From NCBI GenBank assembly GCA_902556855.1, contig CACDXJ010000003.1:5643-69642 (forward strand): a stretch of 64,000 bases of DNA, in the 5' to 3' direction. Source of the stretch: an uncultured Pelagibacteraceae bacterium (lineage in GTDB: Bacteria > Pseudomonadota > Alphaproteobacteria > Pelagibacterales > Pelagibacteraceae). Each line of letters begins with the position of its first letter. The stretch's first letter is position 1. The translations under genes were made by a program, and so were the position numbers. The notes beneath the pieces were generated by a model. That model was not told the DNA's origin. It saw only the letters and a list, made by a program, of their open reading frames with translations, and did not search any database. This document shows positions 54,221-62,808 of this stretch, one piece after another.

Positions 54221-54676
54221 ATGTCTCTAAAAAAACAAATTGAAGACAAGCTAAACGAAGCTTTAAAAGCTAAAGATAAAAATACCTATCCCACATTAAG
54301 ATTAGTAGTATCAGCGATAAAAGATGCTGAAATAGCAATGCGATCGAAAGGAGAGAAGGAATTAAAGAATAGCGATATTGTCTCTTTGCTCAAAAAAATG
54401 ATTAAACAAAGAAACGAGTCTTGTGAGGTTTACAAAAAAGCTAACCGCAACGAGCTTTTAGAAAACGAAAAAAAGGAAATTGAGGTAATTGGTAAATTTT
54501 TACCTAAACAGCTAAGCGATGAAGACACTAAAAAAATTTGCCAGGAAACGATTAAGTCCGTAAACGCTAATTCAATTAAAGACATGGGTAAGATCATGGG
54601 GGTTTTGAAAACGAAACATGCAGATAGTTTGGACTTTTCAAAAGTAAGTGTAATTTTAAAAGGTCTTTTAAGTTAA
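54221..54676 (+). CDS. GatB/YqeY domain protein (probable start 54221)
   Basis: ALKAKD...TLRL, KMIKQR.ES..Y..A.R..L, FLPKQLS, KDMGKIMG. Confidence 0.9.
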   Translation: MSLKKQIEDKLNEALKAKDKNTYPTLRLVVSAIKDAEIAMRSKGEKELKNSDIVSLLKKMIKQRNESCEVYKKANRNELLENEKKEIEVIGKFLPKQLSDEDTKKICQETIKSVNANSIKDMGKIMGVLKTKHADSLDFSKVSVILKGLLS

Positions 54677-54678
54677 TA

Positions 54679-56466
54679 ATGAAATATCCCAAAGAATATT
54701 TAGATGAAATTAAACTAAGATTAAAAGTATCTCAAGTTGTAGGAAAAATAGTTCAATTAAAAAAAAGAGGCAAAGAGTTTATTGGTCTATCCCCATTTAA
54801 AAATGAAAAAACTCCATCATTCACAGTCAACGATGAAAAAGAATTCTATCACTGTTTTAGTACAGGAGAACATGGCAATATATTCGATTTTTTGATGAAG
54901 ACCAAATCAATTGGTTTCGGAGAAGCAGTCAAAATACTTGCCGCTGAGGCCGGGTTACAACCTTACAGGTTCTCAACTTTCGATAAAAAAAAAGAATTAA
55001 GATTTTTAACATATAAAAAAATTTTTAATGAATATTCAAATTTCTTCCATGAACAACTTTTAAATGAAAATAATTCTGAAGCTCTTGGTTACTTGCACAA
55101 GCGCGGACTAAATGAAAGTATTATCAAAGATTTTAAATTAGGTTATGTGCCTTGGAAAAATAATTTTTATTCTATATTATTAAAAGATTACTCAGAGGAA
55201 GAGATAAGTTCCACAGGATTATATTACAAGAGTGATAAAACCAATGAGTTCATTGATAGATTTAACTCAAGGATCATATTTCCTGTAAATAATCTTAATG
55301 GCGAAACAATCGCATTTGGAGGAAGGATTATTCGTGATGTTAAGCTTGCTAAGTACATTAACTCACCAGAAACTGAATTTTATAAAAAAGGAAATATGAT
55401 ATTTAATTTAGATAAAGCAAAGGACTGTAGAGCCAATACAAACGAAGTAGTAATTGTAGAAGGTTATATGGATGTAGTAAGCGTTTATTCTTCGGGTATT
55501 AAAAATGTAATTGCGAATTCGGGTACTGCTTTAACAGAAAGACAGATAGATCTCATTTGGAAATTTTTTTCTAATCCGATTATCTGCCTGGATGGAGATG
55601 AAAGTGGACAAAAGGCAGCAATAAGAATAGCAGAAAAATTATTTCCTTTAATAAACGAGAAAAATAAAATCTTCTTTTCTATAATGCCAGATAAAATTGA
55701 CCCAGATGAATTTATAAAACAAAATGGCAAAGAAAGTTTCATTGAATTATTAAAAACAAAACAAGTAATACAATCATTTATTTGGAACTTTAATTTAAGT
55801 AAAATTAATCAAAACAATCCTTACGAAGTTTCAAATTTTGAGAAGGAAATAAAAAAACTCTCGTTTTCTATAAAGGATGAAACGCTTAGAAAATATGTGT
55901 TTGAAGACTTTCTTCAGAAATTAAAAAATTTAACTCCACTACAATCTGCTAGACAAAACTATAAATTCTCAAAGTATTCAAAAAAAGACAATTTTTCAAT
56001 TTTAAAAGAAACAAAAATATTACATCAAAAAAGAAAAGATCTTTCGAAAATACAAATTTTAGAATTTTCAATTTTATTTATAATATTAAATTTTGATGAA
56101 GTCGCCTCCCAAAAAATAGAGGATTTATCTGAAATAGTTTTTTTATCGGAAAAAAATGAAAATTTAAAAGCCATGATTATTAAACTATTGCTTGAGGGAA
56201 AAAATAAAAATGAACTTAAGTTAAAAACTGAAATAGATTATAAAAAGCTTATTGAGGAAATTACTGAAAACTCAAATATCCAACTAATTGTAAAAGGAAA
56301 AAATAATGAAGAAATTTTAAATTTACTAGATGAATTAATTATAGACTTTAAGGAACAAAATAATTTAAAAAAAATAGAATCTCTTGAAAAAAAACTTATA
56401 AATAATCTTGATGAAAATTCATTTCATGAATTAATAAAGCTTAAAAACCAGATAAATAGGGAATAA
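54679..56466 (+). CDS. dnaG: DNA primase
   Basis: EKTPSF, RIIFP, AFGGR, KYINSPET, VEGYMDV, DGDESG TOPRIM. Confidence 0.96.
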   Translation: MKYPKEYLDEIKLRLKVSQVVGKIVQLKKRGKEFIGLSPFKNEKTPSFTVNDEKEFYHCFSTGEHGNIFDFLMKTKSIGFGEAVKILAAEAGLQPYRFSTFDKKKELRFLTYKKIFNEYSNFFHEQLLNENNSEALGYLHKRGLNESIIKDFKLGYVPWKNNFYSILLKDYSEEEISSTGLYYKSDKTNEFIDRFNSRIIFPVNNLNGETIAFGGRIIRDVKLAKYINSPETEFYKKGNMIFNLDKAKDCRANTNEVVIVEGYMDVVSVYSSGIKNVIANSGTALTERQIDLIWKFFSNPIICLDGDESGQKAAIRIAEKLFPLINEKNKIFFSIMPDKIDPDEFIKQNGKESFIELLKTKQVIQSFIWNFNLSKINQNNPYEVSNFEKEIKKLSFSIKDETLRKYVFEDFLQKLKNLTPLQSARQNYKFSKYSKKDNFSILKETKILHQKRKDLSKIQILEFSILFIILNFDEVASQKIEDLSEIVFLSEKNENLKAMIIKLLLEGKNKNELKLKTEIDYKKLIEEITENSNIQLIVKGKNNEEILNLLDELIIDFKEQNNLKKIESLEKKLINNLDENSFHELIKLKNQINRE

Positions 56467-56517
56467 ATAAAGTATAGATTTTTTCACGTTAGACATTATA
56501 TATACAGTTCACTTCAT

Positions 56518-58374
56518 ATGGCAGAAAAGTTGATAACAAAATCATTTGAAAGGCTTCTTGATAAAGGGAGACATAGAGGTTTTATAACTTATGAGGAGCT
56601 AGGTAAATCGTTAGGTAAACGAAACGGTACTAATGAAAATTTAGAGAAAGCCTTTTTAATACTAGTCGATGAGAAAGTTACATTAGTTGAAAAAAAATCA
56701 CAGTATCAATCAAACAAAAAGAAAGATACTCCAAGTACTTCAGAAGAAAAAACATCAGATAAAAGTGATGATCCAATTAGAATGTATCTTAGAGAGATGG
56801 GTGGGGTCGAGCTTTTATCTAGGGAAGGTGAGATCGCAATTGCGAAAAGAATTGAAGCTGGGAAAGATGTAATGATTAATGCTTTGACACAAAGCCCAAT
56901 AGTAGGAAAAAAAATATTCGAGTGGAAAGAGCAAATCATTAATCAACAACTTTTAGTGAGAGACATTATCGATATTGACTCTACCTATGAGGATTTTGAA
57001 GCGATAGAAGATGAAGATGGAAAGCTAGAAAAAAAAGCAAAATCTAAAAAGGAAAAAGACGAAGAACCAAAAAAAGATGAAGAGGAAAATTCAAATGATG
57101 ATGATGAGTTCAATGTTTCCTTGGCAAAAATGGAGGAGGAGATAAAACCTAAAATAATAAATATTTTAGATTCCCTTAATAAAAATTACTCTAAACTTCA
57201 AAAATATCAAATTGAAAAATTAGAGTGTTTGTTAAATAGCAAAGAACTTTCAGTTTCTAAAAATAAAAATTTTAAAAAAATTCAGGAAATACTCGTAGAT
57301 AACTTTAAAAATTTACAATTAGCACCACATATAGTTGAGGAGCTTGTTCAAGCTCACTATAAAGAAAATAAAAAAATTGTCTCTCTAGAGGGAGTATTAT
57401 TGCGACTAGCAATGGAAAATAAAATTTCTCGTGAAGAGTTTCTAAAATATTATATTGGAAACGAAATCAACCCTAAATTTGAAACATTTTTAAAAGAAAA
57501 TGCTTCATGGAAAGCATTTTTTAAGAAATACAAAAAAGATTTTTCAGAAATTAGAGATAGACTAGTTGAATTCAGTAAAAAAATTGGTCTTTCTGTTGGA
57601 GAGTTCAAAAAATTAGTAAGTAGGATTCAAAAAGGCGAAAGAGAGTCTAGAATAGCTAAAAAGGAAATGGTTGAAGCTAATCTTAGGTTAGTAATTTCAA
57701 TTGCAAAAAAATATACAAATAGAGGCCTTCAATTTCTTGATTTAATTCAAGAGGGTAATATTGGTCTTATGAAAGCAGTTGATAAATTTGAGTATAGAAG
57801 GGGATACAAGTTTTCTACTTATGCAACTTGGTGGATAAGACAAGCAATAACTAGATCTATAGCTGATCAAGCTAGAACAATAAGAATTCCAGTGCACATG
57901 ATTGAGACAATTAATAAAATAGTCAGAACTCAAAGGCAAATAATGAGTGAATTTGGAAGAGAGCCAACTCCTGAAGAGCTTGCCAAAAAACTTGCAATGC
58001 CACTAGAAAAAGTAAGAAAAGTATTAAAAATTGCTAAAGAGCCTGTTTCACTTGAAACTCCAGTTGGAGATGAAGAAGATAGCAGCCTTGGAGATTTCAT
58101 AGAGGATAAAAATGCATTACAACCATTAGATACAGCAATTCAATCAAACTTAAGCGAGTCTACAACAAAAATTTTAGCATCTTTAACTCCTAGAGAAGAA
58201 AGAGTTTTAAGAATGCGCTTTGGTATTGGCATGAACACTGATCATACTTTAGAGGAGGTTGGTTTACAATTTTCTGTTACTAGAGAGAGAATTAGACAAA
58301 TCGAGGCTAAAGCTTTAAGAAAGCTAAAACATCCAAGTAGATCAAAGCAATTAAAAAGTTTTTTGGAAAAATAA
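56518..58374 (+). CDS. rpoD: RNA polymerase primary sigma factor
   Basis: [52 protein letters not shown]. Confidence 0.98.
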   Translation: MAEKLITKSFERLLDKGRHRGFITYEELGKSLGKRNGTNENLEKAFLILVDEKVTLVEKKSQYQSNKKKDTPSTSEEKTSDKSDDPIRMYLREMGGVELLSREGEIAIAKRIEAGKDVMINALTQSPIVGKKIFEWKEQIINQQLLVRDIIDIDSTYEDFEAIEDEDGKLEKKAKSKKEKDEEPKKDEEENSNDDDEFNVSLAKMEEEIKPKIINILDSLNKNYSKLQKYQIEKLECLLNSKELSVSKNKNFKKIQEILVDNFKNLQLAPHIVEELVQAHYKENKKIVSLEGVLLRLAMENKISREEFLKYYIGNEINPKFETFLKENASWKAFFKKYKKDFSEIRDRLVEFSKKIGLSVGEFKKLVSRIQKGERESRIAKKEMVEANLRLVISIAKKYTNRGLQFLDLIQEGNIGLMKAVDKFEYRRGYKFSTYATWWIRQAITRSIADQARTIRIPVHMIETINKIVRTQRQIMSEFGREPTPEELAKKLAMPLEKVRKVLKIAKEPVSLETPVGDEEDSSLGDFIEDKNALQPLDTAIQSNLSESTTKILASLTPREERVLRMRFGIGMNTDHTLEEVGLQFSVTRERIRQIEAKALRKLKHPSRSKQLKSFLEK

Positions 58375-58384
58375 CTTATAATTC

Positions 58385-59479
58385 TTACAAAATACTCGAT
58401 AATAATTTAAATTGATATCGCCAATTACCGAGTATATTAAAAGAAAGAGCACATTCATATGTGCATCTACATTTTGTGTCTTTGATAAAACTTTTGATCT
58501 CAGAATTTTTTTTACTTTTCCATAAATTTATAAAGTTCATTTTATTACTCCTTAAATCACCAATTAGTTTATCTTCTAAAATCTCACAAGGATACACTTT
58601 ACCATCGGCAGTGATAACACCGAATAAAGATGAGGCGTGACAAGGGCTTATATATTTATTATCCATATACATTTTTTTTACCATGTCCCATGAAATTTCG
58701 TCTTTTTTATTGTGAATCTTGCTTTGTATTGAATTACTGTAATTATTAATTTTATTGTGTTTTTTTAACTTACTAATCTCACCTGTAAGCCAAATATATG
58801 CGTCATAAATTTCTTTCTTTTTTTCATTAGGTGTTTTGTAAATCCCTTCATCTCTGACAATACAACATTTAATTGAGTCAATTCCACAATCATTAATTAA
58901 ATAGTAAAAAATATCTTTTATTTTTTTACAATTTTCTTGAGAAACAGTAATATTTATTGAAGGCTGAATGTTTTCAATATTTAATTTTTTTAAACCCTCA
59001 TAAGTTTTTAAACAATTGTTAAATAAATCTTTTATTTTTCTAACTCTGTCATGATTTTCAGGAAAATGGTCAACTGATATTTGAAAGCTTTGTTCGATTT
59101 TACTGTTATAATTATGAATTTCTCTAGCATATGAGATGACTCTTTCAGGCAAACTTCCATTAGTTGTTATATAAATTGATTGAATTGTGGTATTGTCAAT
59201 ATAACTTTTGGCTATCTCAGTTATATCTTTCCTAGCAAAGGGTTCACCTCCAGTAAAGTTGACATTTAATAATGTTTCACCAAAATTTTTAGTTAAAATT
59301 TTAATTTCATCTAACGAAAGTTCATTTTTAAAAGTATTTGGATTATCGAAGTCTATAAAACAAAAAGAACATCTAGCGTTACATCTATTAGTTAAAAAAT
59401 GAACAACGCTAATTGGCGATTGTTTTGTAAGAATAATGTTATTCAAAACTTTCTGTATTTTTGCTTTATAAGTAATCAT
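58385..59479 (-). CDS. radical SAM protein with SPASM/twitch-type C-terminal domain
   Basis: CNARCSFC (CxxxCxxC), TGGEP, TTNG, C..........DGKVYPCE...CRCTYEC. Confidence 0.9.
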   Translation of the reverse strand: MITYKAKIQKVLNNIILTKQSPISVVHFLTNRCNARCSFCFIDFDNPNTFKNELSLDEIKILTKNFGETLLNVNFTGGEPFARKDITEIAKSYIDNTTIQSIYITTNGSLPERVISYAREIHNYNSKIEQSFQISVDHFPENHDRVRKIKDLFNNCLKTYEGLKKLNIENIQPSINITVSQENCKKIKDIFYYLINDCGIDSIKCCIVRDEGIYKTPNEKKKEIYDAYIWLTGEISKLKKHNKINNYSNSIQSKIHNKKDEISWDMVKKMYMDNKYISPCHASSLFGVITADGKVYPCEILEDKLIGDLRSNKMNFINLWKSKKNSEIKSFIKDTKCRCTYECALSFNILGNWRYQFKLLSSIL

Positions 59480-59569
59480 CGATACTCTTTTGCATTAATA
59501 AATTTAATATGCATTTAATAACAAAATTGAATTTACACTAAAATACTGATAAGTATATTTTAATCTTAA

Positions 59570-59646
59570 GGGCCTGTAGCTCAGTTGGTTAGAGCAGTAC
59601 ACTCATAATGTATTGGTCCCAGGTTCGAGTCCTGGCGGGCCCACCA
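59570..59646 (+). tRNA. tRNA with CAT anticodon, most likely tRNA-Ile2 (lysidine-modified)
   Basis: Acceptor GGGCCTG/CGGGCCC, discriminator A, CCA; anticodon arm GTACA-CTCATAA-TGTAT; lacks the initiator C1:A72 mismatch and GGG/CCC anticodon stem. Confidence 0.9.
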
Positions 59647-59647
59647 C

Positions 59648-60244
59648 TTATTTGTTAATAAATTCCTCAAGTTTGCTTATTAGTATATCTATGTCGTTAT
59701 TGTTCGAGTTAAGAATTGACGCAAACTCCTCTTTTTGTGTTCTTGCTAAACTCAATCCCTCTACAATTAGGTCCCTTATCAGAGGCTTGTTAGGATCTTT
59801 TGTATATATTCTCCAATCAATCTTAATTTCAGGATTACCATTATCCGGTCTGACAGTTGAACTTACTATTGTATAATTTGAACTTTTTTGCTCTGCTTCA
59901 ATAACTTCAAATTTACTTGATGAATAATCTGAAAGTCTAGAAGTTAAACTTTTTAAAAAATATTTCTCAAAAATCTTTTGATACTCGTTTAATTTTTCTT
60001 TATTAGTAGATTTTCTTAATTCACCAAGAGTGTACAAGCTTAAAGCATCAATATCTACATTAGAGGAAGCAATCTCTTCAATAAACTGAGATTTTTCCTC
60101 TTTAGTTACACTTTTATTATTTAATTTAGTTAATACATCATTTACTAATTCTGATACAAAACTTTTTGGATCTGAGCTGTAAGCATATAACGAGTTTTTT
60201 AATAAAAAGATAAATATAAAGATTACACCAATTTTTTTCATCAA
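59648..60244 (-). CDS. mlaC: MlaC/Ttg2D phospholipid-binding periplasmic protein
   Basis: Signal peptide; IDWR, IRDLIVEGLSL..TQKEEF. Confidence 0.88.
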   Translation of the reverse strand: MMKKIGVIFIFIFLLKNSLYAYSSDPKSFVSELVNDVLTKLNNKSVTKEEKSQFIEEIASSNVDIDALSLYTLGELRKSTNKEKLNEYQKIFEKYFLKSLTSRLSDYSSSKFEVIEAEQKSSNYTIVSSTVRPDNGNPEIKIDWRIYTKDPNKPLIRDLIVEGLSLARTQKEEFASILNSNNNDIDILISKLEEFINK

Positions 60245-60253
60245 GTTTTTGGA

Positions 60254-60991
60254 TTAATCCAGATTACCCCAATCGTCCTGATTTGAGACTGAGTTTTTAA
60301 CTTTTTTTTCTCTATCTTGTAAATATATACTTTTAAAAGATGAGTAGAGATCAATTGAATTTTTTTCTAAACTTTCAAAGTTTAAAAGATTGTCAGATCT
60401 AAAATCGATTGCAGTTGTTCCTTTAACAGAATAATAATCCAAATCATTTCCTGATACGCCTAAAATTTCATTTTGTCTAATTGTTACATGTGCGAACGGA
60501 TCAATAAAAGTATCTGCCACTAAACCAATCGAATCCCTTACTGTTGTAGGACCTAAAATTGGTAGCACATAATAACATCCTTGACCAATTCCATAACTTC
60601 CAAGTGTCTGACCAACGTCCTCCTTGTGTGGTTTCAATCCAATTTTTTCAGCTGGGTTTAAGAAACCTAAAATACCAACAGTAGTATTAACTAAAAAACT
60701 TCCTGTTGAATGCCCGACCTGCTTTAAGTCGCCTTGAAGTAAGCTGTTAGGTATAGATAGTAATGTTGAAATGTTAGATGTAAAATTACTTGTTCCGCTT
60801 TTTACAGGATTCGGTAGCTTATTATATCCCTTTGCTATCGGTTCCAAAATAATATCGTCAAATGCTAAATTGAATTTAAAAACTGCTCTACTTACATTCT
60901 CAAAACATTCTTCAGCACTTTTTACACCAGGAGCGCTAAAAATGAGTATTATTAAAAAGCTAGAAATTGCTATAATTTTTTTTGAATACAT
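60254..60991 (-). CDS. mlaA: MlaA/VacJ family protein
   Basis: SRAVFKFN, FLVNTTVGILG, EDVGQTLG.YG, YVLPILGPTTVRD. Confidence 0.92.
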   Translation of the reverse strand: MYSKKIIAISSFLIILIFSAPGVKSAEECFENVSRAVFKFNLAFDDIILEPIAKGYNKLPNPVKSGTSNFTSNISTLLSIPNSLLQGDLKQVGHSTGSFLVNTTVGILGFLNPAEKIGLKPHKEDVGQTLGSYGIGQGCYYVLPILGPTTVRDSIGLVADTFIDPFAHVTIRQNEILGVSGNDLDYYSVKGTTAIDFRSDNLLNFESLEKNSIDLYSSFKSIYLQDREKKVKNSVSNQDDWGNLD

Positions 60992-61086
60992 TTATAAGCT
61001 ATATATATGTTTTTTTTTTAGATACTATTAAAAATTGAACTAAATAGAGCTTATATTTTGTTAAAAATAAGATCAATTATGTTTTT

Positions 61087-61800
61087 ATGAGATTAAAAAT
61101 AGTCAATTCTCCAAATTTTGATAAAAAAACAAGGTCAAAAAAACTTATTAAATACGTAATAATTCACTATACCGGAATGCAATCTGAAATTGAATCAATT
61201 ATGAGACTTAAAGACAAATCGTCTAAAGTAAGTTGTCATTACTTAATAAACAGAAAAGGCTTAATAACTAAGATGGTTCCAGATACAAAAATTGCTTGGC
61301 ACGCTGGGAAATCTAAATGGAAAAAAATTAATAATTTAAATAAGTATTCTTTGGGAATAGAACTGGTTAATAAAGGTCACAAGTTTGGATATGAAAAATA
61401 TTCTGAATTACAAATTAAGAGTTTAATAAAACTATGCACTTATTTGAAAAAGAAATATAATTTTAAAAATGAGAGTTTTCTTGGTCATTCAGATATAGCT
61501 CCTTTTAGAAAATTAGATCCTGGTGAAAAATTTCCTTGGAAAAGGTTAAGTAAGTTGAAAATAGGATTTTGGTACCAGAAAAAAATATTTGAAAACCTAA
61601 CAAAAAATGAAGTTGATATTAGATCAACATTTTTTAAAAATATTTATAAAATTGGGTATAGATACTTTAATTTAAGAAAGAAAAATAAATCCGATAGTTT
61701 AGTAATTAGAGCTTTTCAGAGAAGATTTCTACCAGATAATATTACGGGCAATATAGATCTTAAAACATTGAAAATAAGCCAGTTTTTGGCCAATCAGTAG
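61087..61800 (+). CDS. N-acetylmuramoyl-L-alanine amidase (AmpD/AmiD type)
   Basis: SPNF, IHYTGM, VSCHY, AWHAG.S.W, GIELVN, GHSDIAP.RK.DPG..FPW. Confidence 0.92.
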   Translation: MRLKIVNSPNFDKKTRSKKLIKYVIIHYTGMQSEIESIMRLKDKSSKVSCHYLINRKGLITKMVPDTKIAWHAGKSKWKKINNLNKYSLGIELVNKGHKFGYEKYSELQIKSLIKLCTYLKKKYNFKNESFLGHSDIAPFRKLDPGEKFPWKRLSKLKIGFWYQKKIFENLTKNEVDIRSTFFKNIYKIGYRYFNLRKKNKSDSLVIRAFQRRFLPDNITGNIDLKTLKISQFLANQ

Positions 61801-61843
61801 ATTTTTGCCTTGAAATATTTCTGGATATTGTTTATGAACGGCA

Positions 61844-62199
61844 TGCCAGATAGTTGGATTATCGCTATTATAAATTTAATAGAGGAAAGTCCGGGCTCCA
61901 TAAGGACACAGTGCCAGTTAACGGCTGGCGAGGGTGACCTCAGGGATAGTGCCACAGAAAATAAACCGCCTAATCAAGGCAAGGGTGAAACGGCGAGGTA
62001 AGAGCTCACCGGTTTTTTGGTAACAAAAAACGCAAGGCAAACCCCACTGGGAGCAAGGTTAAATAGAGAAGACACTGCATATTTGCTAAAAACAGTCTTT
62101 AGTTAGTCTTCTGGGTTAACCGCTTGAGCTTAGGTGAGAGTCTAAGCCTAGAGAAATGATATCTTCAATGACAGAACCCGGCTTACAGATTATCTGGCA
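61844..62199 (+). ncRNA. rnpB: RNase P RNA (type A)
   Basis: GAGGAAAGTCCGGGCTCC, AGTGCCACAGAAA, GGGTGAAACGG..GGTAAGAGC, GGCAAACCCCAC.GGGAGCAAGG, ACAGAACCCGGCTTA; P1 stem TGCCAGATA/TATCTGGCA. Confidence 0.96.
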
Positions 62200-62250
62200 A
62201 AATCTGATATTAACGTTCTACTTTTGTACTAAAATCAAATAACTATCTTA

Positions 62251-62292
62251 TTGACTATTTCTAAAAAACCCATACTATCCCAAATAATCCCA
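62251..62292 (+). promoter_or_regulatory. putative mraZ promoter with three MraZ-type boxes
   Basis: TTGACT (62251-62256), 16 bp, TACTAT (62273-62278); CCCA at 62269, 62279, 62289 (TGGG on minus strand, 10-bp period). Confidence 0.65.
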
Positions 62293-62343
62293 TAATGGAG
62301 GGTGATTTGAAAACTATTATAAAAAAAGAGCTTTTACTTAATT

Positions 62344-62808
62344 ATGTTTTTATCAACTTTCGAGAACAAAATAGACAAGAAAGGTCGTGTTTCAGTGCCA
62401 GCAACATTTAGATCTTATTTAAATTCTATGGGTTATAATGGTTTTATAAGCTATCCATCCTTCAATCATGACGCCCTTGAGGCATGTGCTCAAGATAGAA
62501 TAGAAAAATTATCTAACACAATAGATTCACTTAATCCATTTGAAGAAAAAAGAGATTATTTTGCAACTTCAGTTTTATCTGAAAGTGAAAATTTACAATT
62601 CGATACAGAAGGAAGAATTTCATTATCTAAAAAATTATTAAATCATGCAAAAATCAAAAATAATTTACTATTTGTAGGTCTTGGCAAAACCTTTCAAATC
62701 TGGGAGCCCAAAAATTTTGAAAAATTTAAAATTTTTGCAAGAAAAAAAGCTTTTAAAAATAGATCTAATTTGAAATGGGAAAATAAACAGAAAGGGGAGC
62801 TGTCATGA
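62344..62808 (+). CDS. mraZ: division/cell wall cluster transcriptional repressor MraZ
   Basis: MFLS, IDKKGRVSVPA.FR, DTEGRI, FVGLG..FQIWEP. Confidence 0.95.
   Translation: MFLSTFENKIDKKGRVSVPATFRSYLNSMGYNGFISYPSFNHDALEACAQDRIEKLSNTIDSLNPFEEKRDYFATSVLSESENLQFDTEGRISLSKKLLNHAKIKNNLLFVGLGKTFQIWEPKNFEKFKIFARKKAFKNRSNLKWENKQKGELS

Noticed and set aside
6699-57939. Numerous 60-120 aa ORFs antisense to or nested in core genes (e.g. 7209-7535, 13895-14188, 32132-32383, 45860-46222, 50425-50718)
   Set aside because: No motifs; explained as shadows of well-supported genes.
24826-59646. tRNA-Gln and tRNA-Ile2 as integration sites for an island or prophage
   Set aside because: No integrase, no duplicated tRNA 3' end seen, and core genes directly downstream.
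59613-59876. 87-aa plus-strand ORF
   Set aside because: Starts inside the tRNA T-arm and is antisense to mlaC.
61810-62001. 63-aa plus-strand ORF in the track
   Set aside because: Lies over the RNase P RNA gene; not a protein.
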